From: a virus
Taxonomy: Duplodnaviria; Caudoviricetes
Length of the DNA stretch: 43,678 nt
Strand: one strand, 5' to 3'
Virus record (IMG/VR): IMGVR_UViG_3300017747_004718
Coordinates: 1 to 43,678 of that record
Positions 33,323 to 41,854 of this stretch are shown here, piece by piece. Made by a program: the position numbers and the translations under genes. Every line of letters begins with the position of its first letter. Position 1 is the stretch's first letter. Below the pieces are notes generated by a model. The model was not told the DNA's origin, searched no databases, and saw only the letters and a list, made by a program, of their open reading frames with translations.

Positions 33323-33507
33323 AATTCCCCAAACCCCAAATCATCAGTCGGCAAGAAGCGGACGAGCTGATCCGGACCGCACAGGAACACACCCAAACCA
33401 CGGACGGCAAATTTGCCCTGCATTGGGTCCGCAAAGACGGCATTTCCTACGTCGTGAACGAAATGACCTTGGACACAGCCAAACTCCATCGGCGCACCGG
33501 CAAATAA
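33319..33507 (+). CDS. Hypothetical protein
   Basis: MKFPKPQIISRQEADELIR..., 62 aa, ATGA-coupled to the integrase. Confidence 0.55.
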   Translation: MKFPKPQIISRQEADELIRTAQEHTQTTDGKFALHWVRKDGISYVVNEMTLDTAKLHRRTGK

Positions 33508-33540
33508 GATGTCCTCACCTTCTGCATTACTTGGCAGTTC

Positions 33541-33780
33541 TGGCTACCTCGCTGGCTACCTCGGGCTACGTCCCCAAGTGACCGCAGTTGTCCGCGCATG
33601 GTTCTTGCGTATTGGTAGAAACCCCCTTACCGTCAGCTCGTTATACACGTAAGTCGTTGATGCGCCCGTAGCTCAATTGGATAGAGCATTTGACTTCGGA
33701 TTAACCGGCCAAAGTCATTCGTGCTTTATGGCTGAATGACTTGCGCGTGTGGTTGGTTTCAGGATACGGAGCTGGCTACT
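33541..33780. other. Putative attP region with arm-type repeats
   Basis: Non-coding gap between convergent operons; GGCTAC repeats at 33541-33570 and 33771-33780; imperfect inverted pair cgtaagtcgttga / tgaatgacttgcg around the tRNA fragment. Confidence 0.7.
33662..33701 (+). pseudogene. 5' half of tRNA-Arg (anticodon TCG), probable attP core
   Basis: GCGCCCG-TA-GCTCAATTGGATAGAGC-A-TTTGA-CT-TCG-GA; similarity stops after the anticodon loop, no T-arm or 3' acceptor strand. Confidence 0.85.
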
Positions 33781-36700
33781 TGCTTTCAAAGCCTGCCCGT
33801 TCCCGACGTGGCCGTAGATCGCCAGCGACTTCCTTGTAAAAGTTCAGGCTTCCGATGTCGTTGCCGTAGTTCCAGACGGTCTTGAGCGCCTCGATCTGTG
33901 ACGCGGCCGGCGCCGTGTAAAACCGTTCGTTGTCCACCAGGCGCGACGCCAGGCGCAGGCGTTGTTCGCCCACCAGTTCCTGCAATCGGTCCACCTGCAT
34001 CCTCGTGAGCGGCTCGAATTGCTTGTTCGCAATGCTGAAATTGGCATCGGGCGGCGTGGGAATCACCGAGTTGTTCGCCGTGCGCCGCCACAAGGTGTAA
34101 AGGTGCAACGCCACCGGGTCCGTTGGGATGCGTCCCGCCTTGGTCACGTCGAGGAATTGCGCGAGAAACGGATTGCTGCCAGTGGCTGTCTCGCGAATCG
34201 CACGTCCCCACAGGTCGCGTTTCACGGGCAAGTCCATGTCGGCACCGCGGCCACCCGCCAGGCGCTGCACGCCGGCTAGACGATTCTTGATCTGGTTGTT
34301 CAAGCGTTCGTCGAGGGAATCGCCGCGCAGCTCCGGCTTGTTCTGGCGCGTGGCCCGGCTGATGGCCGTGAGCGTGTTGGGCAGGGCAATGGCGGACAGT
34401 CCATCCAGATACGTCGCCAGCCAGCTATCCGTTTTGGCCGGGTCAGCCAAGCCCTCGAGCAGGCTGGACGTGCCTTTGAGGAAGGATTGATTCACCCCGT
34501 AACCCGCGGTAAGCATCACGTAATTCAGCCCGAACTGTTCCGCTTGATCGACGAGCGACGGATCCTGCGGCTCACGTTCCAAGCGCCGATTCACATCGGT
34601 CACCGTTTGAAAGACCGCGCCGAGCACGCCGCCGGAACTCAGGATGTCCCGCGTTTCATCGCCCATCTGCCAGGTGCCATCACCGCCGGCCAGCGCACGG
34701 GCCAGACCGGTGACGTTCAGCCGGTTCGGCGGCATCGTTTGACCGGAGAGAACGCGCGCCTTCTGTTGTTCGTCGGACTGATCGAGCGACGGCGACACCA
34801 GCCCCTTGCTGTAAAGCCATTGCCCGGCGAGGAACGCCATCGAGCCCACCACCAGCTTGCCCGCGGCCTGCGTGGCCGGCCGTGCTTCGCCTCGCCAGGC
34901 GTGCTTCGCGAGATTGAAGGTCGCCACCGGCGGAGCGTAGCTCATCCATTCGCCGATGACATTCAACGGCGTGGTGACGAACGGCACGATCGTATCGAAC
35001 ATGAACCGCACGCCCGGGTGAACTCCGGACAGTGCGCGGCCGATGCGCTGGCTGACTTGGTTGCGATTCTGGAACACCGCCGTGGCCGCCTCCACCTCAA
35101 TGCGTGCCAGGCTTTCCGCATCGATGAACAGCTCCGGCCATTTCACCGCCTTGGCCACCGTGTCCGCCGTGTAGCCCGGTTGATTGCGCAGAATGGCCAG
35201 TTCCCCCAACGCCGCCGGCGAACCGTCCTTAGCCAGCGCCGCCATGCGCACGCGCCGGTTCATGTCCTGCACCTTGACGTGTTCCGTAATCAATCGCGCC
35301 TGCGCCGCCGCACGAAACGGCTTGTCCGCCGCACCGAGCAACCGCAACTGCGCCGCCGCGTGCATCCCGAAAGGCGAACCTTCCATGACCATGAGGAGCC
35401 GCTGCGCGAGCGGTGTCTTGCCGTTGCGCTTCGGCCCCATGACATCCGCCGTGATGGCATCGCGCAACGCCACCAGCGGACGCAACCCCACGCGGGCATC
35501 CGCCTTGCCCAAATCTTTCTCCGAACCGCCACGCCGCAACAGCTCGAGCGATTCCGGCAACGATCGGCCAATGGCTTTCACCGCCTCCTTGCTGCCGCGC
35601 AATCCGACGAGCGCCCGCGTGCGTGGACGTTGCCGCAGCATCGCGTCAATGGCATCGATGCTCGTTGCCACGCCGCGCATGGACCCGCGCAAGGCGAGGT
35701 TGGCCGTGTTGCCGACCACGTTTCGCGCCTGCGACATCGGCGCGATGAGATTCCCCTTGAGCAACGTGCTCAAAGTATTGCCCAGGCTGCGCGGTTCGTA
35801 GGCGCGCAACTTCTCCTGAAGCAACGAGTCCGCGGCGATGGCATCCGCCTGCAAGGTTTCCACGCGCTGAAGATTCTCCGCCGTGGGCGCCTCGCTCCAC
35901 TGTCGTTCTGCTTCCTTCCATTTCGCGTTTGCCTTGATGCCTTCCTCCGCCAGCCGGCGAATGCGCATGGATTCCGCCGGGCGAATGGGATCGTAGCCCT
36001 TGGCCAGCAGTTGCTTGTTCAGCAGCACCATCACGCCGTCCGGCGTGGCCCCGCGCAGTAGCTTGAATTGATTGACCAACTGGCCGAGCGACGTGCCTTC
36101 CTTCATCGTCTGCTCCATCACGCGCCACGCGGCATCGAGATTATCCGCGGCGACGAGCCGGCGATACGACTCGAGCCGGGCCGCCACGCCGATGTTCTGC
36201 GGGCCATCCGCCTGCACCAGCGGCACGCTGGCCAGCTCCTCGCTCGTCATGCGGCTCACGACATCCTCCACGCGGCCCACGTCCTGCGGTTCGTAAAAGG
36301 ATTCGCGCCCCGTCTTCATCCGCTCGCGATGCGGCGCCGCCACGTCCCGCGAGACACTGCCGCGCGCTGCCAGCTTGCGCTGCTTCAGTGCGCCCAGGTC
36401 CGTGGTCGTGCGGGCAAGACCGCGCTGCGATTCCTCGAAGATACGGCGCAAGTGCGGGCGCACCGCGTCCCCGTGTTCGGCAATCATGCGGGCCGACCAC
36501 GCGGAGAACTTGCGCACGCCACGTTCCATCACGGCGGCACCCTTCACCACCCACGCCGCCATCAATTCCGGATCCAGCCCGGCATTCACCCGGCCCTTGG
36601 CTTTAACAATCGTCTGGTCCGCCCACGCCTCGGCTTCGGTATTGGAGATGAGACCGCCATCCGATTTCTTTGGCCTATGCACCTTCTTAACAGTGCGCTT

Positions 36701-38944
36701 CGCAGGTTGAGTCTCTGAATTATCGACCACCGCCACCTTAAATCCCTGCCGGGTTAATTCCGCAACGCTGCTCTCATAGGCGCGAACAGGAACTCCGGCC
36801 ATTTTGACCCCGTTACGATTTGCTACATCAATCTTCAACGCCCCACCCGCGGTCGTTGCGTCGTCAAAGAAAAATTCATAGTAATCCCCCAAGCGGTACA
36901 TCAGCAACGTATCCGGCTTAAGCTGCTGTTTAATGGATTGATACTGCTCCATCATCGGGCTCAGTTTAGCCGGCGCACTTGGCGCAGAGGATTTGGCGGC
37001 CGGTCCAGACGACGGCACGGATGGAGAGCGGGCCCCAGCCGCGGTGTTGGAAATGAGGCCGGGCTCGACTGACTTCTCCGCAGTCCTGTTTTGAATTTCG
37101 CCACTTTTGTCTAATAAGGTGTCGCGCCCAATGAGCTTATTAAAATCCTCAACAGTAACCGCTTCTGCTTTCCCAAACTTGAAATCCACCAATGCCTTGG
37201 CCTTGATGTTGTCCTCGCCACCAACGTAATACTGATTGCCCTTTCGCTTAAACAGCTGCCCACTTTTGGAGACATTGATTGATCCATCTCCATTTCTCGC
37301 AACGTAGATCAGCCCGTTCTTGGCGATGGTTTCCGGTTTGAATTGTTTTCCCCTGCCTGCTTCTTGATCAGCGCCAATTCCAGTTTCCGGTTTTCGCGGC
37401 GGAGCGTCGTCAACAACCGCTGCACTTTCCCATTGCCGGCGGGCCGCCTTTTCTCCAGCAAGCGCCGCCTGGACTTCTGTTTCATCGGCGCCGCGTGCAA
37501 GCATATCAGACACGCCTTGAACCCGCAGTTGCCATTGCTCATACAGTTCTTTTGGTGTTGGCTTCTGTGCAACAACCTCCGCCGGGGCTGTTGTTACGCC
37601 GCCCGGCTGAGCGGCAGGTGCCACGCTTTGATCCTGCCCCACGGTTTTGCGTCCGCCCGTCGTCGGCTCCGTTGTAATTGTCTCCAGGACGGGCGTTGTG
37701 GGCGCTGCGATTTCAGGCGCTGCCTTACTCCGTTCACCCGCTGCCGTTTCCACCACTGGAGAGCTTGGCGCCGCTATCGTCTGCGCCGGACGTTCTAAAG
37801 GCGCTTTAACTGCTGGCTCTGGAATTAAAATTTCAGGCTCAACATTTAATTCAGGCCGCGCCTCAATAAAATCCTCCGCCGTGCGCTGGAATCCCGTGCG
37901 CCGTTCCGGCAGCATCCCGCCCTCGACGTCCGGCTTGAGGAAGCGTGTCACCGGCTCGATGATCTGCGGTTCCTCGATCACGATCTCGCGGATGCGCGGC
38001 TGCACCTTCACATCCACGACGTCGCCCGCCTGGTTGAAGACCGGCACGCGCTCGAACACCACCTCCGCCGGCTTGCGTCCCTCCAGTGGACTGGCCCACG
38101 CCCGCTGTTCCGTCGGCCGCACCGTGCCCGGCGAGGCCAGGTTGCGCGCAATCAAGTCCGGGCTGGCCGGGTCCACCGCTTCACCTCGCGCGTTGATGCG
38201 CAAGGCGGGCAGTCCGTTCACATCCGCCGGCTGCAATTTTCCATCCGCCATCACATGACGTCGGCCCAGCTCCGCCATGCCCAGCTCGCCCACGCCCGTG
38301 GCCACTTCCTGCACCGCTTCCTGCGTCTTGCCTTCCTTGAACAGTTGCGCCGCGCGCAACACCCGTTCCGGCTGATGCCCGGCCATCTGGGAAATCCACG
38401 CGGTCAACACCGTCTTGCTCGCCGCCGCCGGCAGCAACGCCACCGCGTCCGGACTGGACAACGCCGCCAGCAGTTCCGCGCCCGCGTTGTAAATGCCCGC
38501 CGCCACCTGGCCCGGCTTCGTGGTCGCCTCGCCCGCACGCGGGAGATTGATGCCCGGCTGTTGCAGGAACGGCTCCGCCACGGGCACCCCTGGAATCAGC
38601 ACGTCCGCCGCACGGCCCACGGCACCGGACAACGGACGCGTGAGCGGTTCCACTACGAACTGCTCTACGTTGCCGATGAGATTTTCGATTCCCTGCCATC
38701 GATCGCCCGTGCCGCGCTCCGCCTTCTGTTGCGCGAGCAGTTCCGCCTGTCGATCCGATCGCCGCGTGGCCGCCGCCGCCTGGTCCGCCGTCACTCCCAC
38801 ATCCTGAAGCTGTGCCTCGTAGGAATCGCGGGACGTGTCGCGCGCACGAAGCCGCTCCCACTCGTCAGCGTCCGCCACCGCGGTTCCAAGAGCCGACCAT
38901 TCGTCCGCCTTTGGAGCACCTAGAGAATCCCATTCATCGGGCAT
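33776..38944 (-). CDS. Giant internal virion / DNA-ejection polyvalent protein with an embedded MutS-I domain
   Basis: 1722 aa, last gene of the structural operon; N-terminal DEW repeats; helical C-terminal part with PFVTTPLN; MutS N-domain motif at about 36720-36966. Confidence 0.75.
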   Translation of the reverse strand: MPDEWDSLGAPKADEWSALGTAVADADEWERLRARDTSRDSYEAQLQDVGVTADQAAAATRRSDRQAELLAQQKAERGTGDRWQGIENLIGNVEQFVVEPLTRPLSGAVGRAADVLIPGVPVAEPFLQQPGINLPRAGEATTKPGQVAAGIYNAGAELLAALSSPDAVALLPAAASKTVLTAWISQMAGHQPERVLRAAQLFKEGKTQEAVQEVATGVGELGMAELGRRHVMADGKLQPADVNGLPALRINARGEAVDPASPDLIARNLASPGTVRPTEQRAWASPLEGRKPAEVVFERVPVFNQAGDVVDVKVQPRIREIVIEEPQIIEPVTRFLKPDVEGGMLPERRTGFQRTAEDFIEARPELNVEPEILIPEPAVKAPLERPAQTIAAPSSPVVETAAGERSKAAPEIAAPTTPVLETITTEPTTGGRKTVGQDQSVAPAAQPGGVTTAPAEVVAQKPTPKELYEQWQLRVQGVSDMLARGADETEVQAALAGEKAARRQWESAAVVDDAPPRKPETGIGADQEAGRGKQFKPETIAKNGLIYVARNGDGSINVSKSGQLFKRKGNQYYVGGEDNIKAKALVDFKFGKAEAVTVEDFNKLIGRDTLLDKSGEIQNRTAEKSVEPGLISNTAAGARSPSVPSSGPAAKSSAPSAPAKLSPMMEQYQSIKQQLKPDTLLMYRLGDYYEFFFDDATTAGGALKIDVANRNGVKMAGVPVRAYESSVAELTRQGFKVAVVDNSETQPAKRTVKKVHRPKKSDGGLISNTEAEAWADQTIVKAKGRVNAGLDPELMAAWVVKGAAVMERGVRKFSAWSARMIAEHGDAVRPHLRRIFEESQRGLARTTTDLGALKQRKLAARGSVSRDVAAPHRERMKTGRESFYEPQDVGRVEDVVSRMTSEELASVPLVQADGPQNIGVAARLESYRRLVAADNLDAAWRVMEQTMKEGTSLGQLVNQFKLLRGATPDGVMVLLNKQLLAKGYDPIRPAESMRIRRLAEEGIKANAKWKEAERQWSEAPTAENLQRVETLQADAIAADSLLQEKLRAYEPRSLGNTLSTLLKGNLIAPMSQARNVVGNTANLALRGSMRGVATSIDAIDAMLRQRPRTRALVGLRGSKEAVKAIGRSLPESLELLRRGGSEKDLGKADARVGLRPLVALRDAITADVMGPKRNGKTPLAQRLLMVMEGSPFGMHAAAQLRLLGAADKPFRAAAQARLITEHVKVQDMNRRVRMAALAKDGSPAALGELAILRNQPGYTADTVAKAVKWPELFIDAESLARIEVEAATAVFQNRNQVSQRIGRALSGVHPGVRFMFDTIVPFVTTPLNVIGEWMSYAPPVATFNLAKHAWRGEARPATQAAGKLVVGSMAFLAGQWLYSKGLVSPSLDQSDEQQKARVLSGQTMPPNRLNVTGLARALAGGDGTWQMGDETRDILSSGGVLGAVFQTVTDVNRRLEREPQDPSLVDQAEQFGLNYVMLTAGYGVNQSFLKGTSSLLEGLADPAKTDSWLATYLDGLSAIALPNTLTAISRATRQNKPELRGDSLDERLNNQIKNRLAGVQRLAGGRGADMDLPVKRDLWGRAIRETATGSNPFLAQFLDVTKAGRIPTDPVALHLYTLWRRTANNSVIPTPPDANFSIANKQFEPLTRMQVDRLQELVGEQRLRLASRLVDNERFYTAPAASQIEALKTVWNYGNDIGSLNFYKEVAGDLRPRRERAGFESK

Positions 38945-38947
38945 AAG

Positions 38948-39958
38948 CTACTTTCGTTGAATCAATCGCCCGTCCGGCGTCTTAAACCATTCGCCGGGTT
39001 TGAGTTTGGCCGCTTCCGCTGTGGTCTTCGGCAGGTATGGGCTTGCTTGCGTGCCCGCAGGTTTTGCTGGCCCCTTGCCGCCATCAAGGTTCCCCATCAA
39101 CAGTTTCTCCAACATGCTCGGCCGACCTTTGAGCACCTCCATATTGTTGGCTTCCTCGATGGCCAGCCGCCTCTGCTCTGGATCAGAAATGGACCGGATG
39201 CCTGCAATCTTCTCATCGAGGTTATCAGAGTTTTGTCCCGGATAAGGTGATAGCAACGGCTTGTCCGCCTTGTCGGGAGGAATCACCTGATACTGCCCAG
39301 CACTGGTCTGCACCACGCGATGGCCCTGCGTGCCCTGAATCGGCAACGCCTGCGTGGGATCGAATTCCGCCTTGGGCTGCGCACGCGAAAGACTGTTCAT
39401 CAGGTTGTCCAGTTGCGGGCTGCCAAGTTGGTTGTGCTGCGCCGCGGCGCCGAGCACTTCCATCAGGCCGGGCTGCCGGCTGGTCGGGCGGCCTTGCGGA
39501 TACTGCTCCGGGTTCTCGTAAAAGTTGCCCAGCTCCGGGCTCTGCGGGTTGATCTGCATCTGTTCGCGCACCGCGCGATTGAATCCCAGTTCATCGGCCT
39601 GACGCCGGCTGTAATCCCTCTGCTGCATGTTGAACGCTTCGCGTTGCTGCTTCTCGCGCGCCAGCGATTCCATCAGGGAAATTTTGCCGATGCCGGATTT
39701 CACCAGCTCGTTCTTCTCGGCGCTGCTCAAGCCCTTGAACTGTTCCTCGTCCATGCCGAGCGCATCCTGCAATTCCGGCGTGGATTTGAACAGCGTCTCG
39801 CTGGCCTTGGCGCGCACGTTCTCCTGCTTGCGCTGTTCCATCGCCGCACCGATGGAGTCTGCGAGGCTCTTGGTGCCGCCGCTGATGCCCGCCGCCAGCG
39901 CCTGACCGCCCATCCACCGGCTCTGCGTCGTCGTGTCCGGAGTCCAATGCTGAATCAT
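38948..39958 (-). CDS. Internal virion (ejection) protein
   Basis: 336 aa, Gly/Ala then Gln-rich; C-terminal AAKLKPGEWFKTPDGRLIQRK. Confidence 0.65.
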   Translation of the reverse strand: MIQHWTPDTTTQSRWMGGQALAAGISGGTKSLADSIGAAMEQRKQENVRAKASETLFKSTPELQDALGMDEEQFKGLSSAEKNELVKSGIGKISLMESLAREKQQREAFNMQQRDYSRRQADELGFNRAVREQMQINPQSPELGNFYENPEQYPQGRPTSRQPGLMEVLGAAAQHNQLGSPQLDNLMNSLSRAQPKAEFDPTQALPIQGTQGHRVVQTSAGQYQVIPPDKADKPLLSPYPGQNSDNLDEKIAGIRSISDPEQRRLAIEEANNMEVLKGRPSMLEKLLMGNLDGGKGPAKPAGTQASPYLPKTTAEAAKLKPGEWFKTPDGRLIQRK

Positions 39959-40491
39959 AAATTTCTCTTTCTCTTTCCCTGTTTACAATCGAAGCTCGCA
40001 AACTCACCCCAGAACTTTTTAGCCGAAGCGCAGTAAACTTGATGCGCCTCCTCCGGTGTATCGAAAGTTCCTAAATGAATTTTGGTTCCTCGCGGCGGGC
40101 GAATGGCTGCCGAGAATCGCTTTCCGTTTTTCCAAACACCCTTAAACCCTTGCGAGTTCGGATACGCACGGTTGACCATATTGTGCGACGGGCTTAACCA
40201 GCGAAGGTTCTCCCGGCGATTATCCAGCGTATTCCGGTTGCGATGATCAATTTCAAAGCCCGGCCGCGTGCCCATAATCATCTCCTGCATCGACGCGTAA
40301 AGGTAGCGCCTGCGGCCGGTTGACCAGTCAGTCTTCAAGAAAGTCCTAGCTGCCCAACCTTTGTTTTGCCGTTGGGCGTGCCATTTCCTGTGCGCGAGCT
40401 TTGCCCAGTCCTCTTCATTCACTAACGCAAACTGCCCTTGAGTTAGCGGCACCTTGAGCCCGGCTCTCATTACTGTCGCGTGTTCATTCAT
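39955..40491 (-). CDS. HNH endonuclease with AP2 domain (free-standing homing endonuclease)
   Basis: VPLTQGQFALV, IDHRNRNTLDNRRENLR, GFKGVW, HLGTFDTPEEA...FWGEFA; lower GC. Confidence 0.92.
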   Translation of the reverse strand: MNEHATVMRAGLKVPLTQGQFALVNEEDWAKLAHRKWHAQRQNKGWAARTFLKTDWSTGRRRYLYASMQEMIMGTRPGFEIDHRNRNTLDNRRENLRWLSPSHNMVNRAYPNSQGFKGVWKNGKRFSAAIRPPRGTKIHLGTFDTPEEAHQVYCASAKKFWGEFASFDCKQGKRKRNL

Positions 40492-40496
40492 TCCGT

Positions 40497-40667
40497 TCAA
40501 TTACTCACAAAACTACGCACGGCGCACTGCTCGTTGTGGCACCAGTAAACGGTCTGCCGTTCGGTCGTGGCCTCGCCCACCCACCAGCCTGGCATTTTGC
40601 AGCAAGGGCAGGGGACTTGGGATTTGTCCCGTTTCTGAGTCTCTGAGTTTTGGCTATTCCCGCTCAC
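40497..40667 (-). CDS. Small Cys-rich (zinc-ribbon-like) protein
   Basis: CPCC...WCHNEQC; GTG overlaps the upstream stop; N-terminus NSETQK is a family-B repeat. Confidence 0.45.
   Translation of the reverse strand: MSGNSQNSETQKRDKSQVPCPCCKMPGWWVGEATTERQTVYWCHNEQCAVRSFVSN
40632..40656 (-). repeat. Family-B repeat (degenerate)
   Basis: tttctgagtctctgagttttggcta. Confidence 0.75.
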
Positions 40668-41851
40668 GCCGCGCACGCCTCCACGCATTCATCCATCCAC
40701 GCGCGCACGTCCGGCTTGCGTTCCGGATGCGCCGCCAGCCAGCCCGCGAACGCCGCACCCTTTGCCACATACCCCCGCAACAACGCCGCCGGTGCGCGTG
40801 TGATCAGATACCGACGGAACGCCCGCCACTTCGGACTCGCCTCGCCGTAAACCTCCCGTGCCACCCAGCACAAGCCCGCCGCCATGCCGCCGAGATTGCC
40901 GATGGCCCCGATGCCCGCGCCAATCAATTGCATTTGCTGCGCTTTCTTGGCCTGCGCCGCGTTGGCGTCCTGCTGCTGGAAGTTCACGCCCATGCTCAGA
41001 TAATCCTGCAAGCCAATGCTGGCATCCGGTGCCTGCACGTTCGCGCCGGCGGGAGCCGGGCTCATCGTGGGCCGGCCGGTCGTGGCTTGGAAAATATCGC
41101 CATACATGCCCACCGCCCCGCGGGCTTCCTGCATCCGTTGCTGCCGTAAGTTCTCGCCGAAGGAAGTCTTTTGCAATGCCTCCTGGTAAATGTCCGTGGG
41201 TCCGCGCCCCATGCCGCGCGCTGCCTGCCCCTGGCGCACGTAGCTGGCCAGCTCCGACTCCTGTTCCGGACTGAGCTGCGAGCCCAGCGCCAGATTGCTC
41301 TGCGCCGTGTCGTAGTATTGGGCCAGCAGCGGATTTGTGCTCCGCATCGTGGACACGTAATCGCCGCCGAGATTCTGAAAGTCCTGCAAGTCCCCCTGTC
41401 GCTTCGTCGTCGCGCTGCGCAGTTCAAACGCCAGTTGGTCATTGGCCGCGCGTCGATACAGGTCGCCGTAATCCGCCGCCTGGCGTCGGGCGAGGTTGAG
41501 CGTGGGTTCGTATAGTTGCGCGTAGGCGGAAAGCGCCGCGTTGCCCTGCGCCCATTCCTTGTTCGCGATCCGTTGCCAGTAGGGCTGTTTAGGCTTGTCA
41601 TCGCCACCGAACAGCGAGGAGAACGGCATCTTTCCGCTGAACATATCGACGAGCGACGACACGCCGCCCGTCAGTCCCGCCTTGAGCATGTCGCCCCCGA
41701 TGCCGCTGCCGATGCCGCCGCCGGCGCTGCGCGGTTTGCTCGTGCTGATGCCGCTGGGATATGGCGCATTCGCACTCGTGTAATCGTAGAGGCTCCCGCC
41801 CGGATACGCGCTGCTGCTGTAGATGTCCGCGGAGTAAGGGTTCTGTGCCAT
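40664..41851 (-). CDS. Internal virion / DNA-transfer protein with C-terminal CFI-box-like domain
   Basis: Gly-rich hydrophobic stretches, Gln/Ala-rich helices, QAARGMGRG; ends CWVAREVYG...W..FR.YL..AP..L...Y...G..FA. Confidence 0.7.
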   Translation of the reverse strand: MAQNPYSADIYSSSAYPGGSLYDYTSANAPYPSGISTSKPRSAGGGIGSGIGGDMLKAGLTGGVSSLVDMFSGKMPFSSLFGGDDKPKQPYWQRIANKEWAQGNAALSAYAQLYEPTLNLARRQAADYGDLYRRAANDQLAFELRSATTKRQGDLQDFQNLGGDYVSTMRSTNPLLAQYYDTAQSNLALGSQLSPEQESELASYVRQGQAARGMGRGPTDIYQEALQKTSFGENLRQQRMQEARGAVGMYGDIFQATTGRPTMSPAPAGANVQAPDASIGLQDYLSMGVNFQQQDANAAQAKKAQQMQLIGAGIGAIGNLGGMAAGLCWVAREVYGEASPKWRAFRRYLITRAPAALLRGYVAKGAAFAGWLAAHPERKPDVRAWMDECVEACAA

Positions 41852-41854
41852 AAA

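Noticed and set aside
30379-33489. Minus-strand ORFs over ardC and the integrase
   Set aside because: Antisense shadows of the plus-strand genes
33662-33740. Complete tRNA gene
   Set aside because: No 3' anticodon stem, T-loop (GTTC) or acceptor 3' strand follows; only the 5' half is present
36720-36966. A phage mutS mismatch-repair gene
   Set aside because: Only domain I is present, embedded in a virion protein; no ATPase or clamp domains
15644-40656. Dispersed repeats as a CRISPR array
   Set aside because: Copies are hundreds to thousands of bp apart with genes between them, are internally periodic, and no cas genes are present
39955-40667. Group I intron carrying the HNH gene
   Set aside because: Both flanking genes appear complete with their own start and stop; no split gene or intron core was recognised
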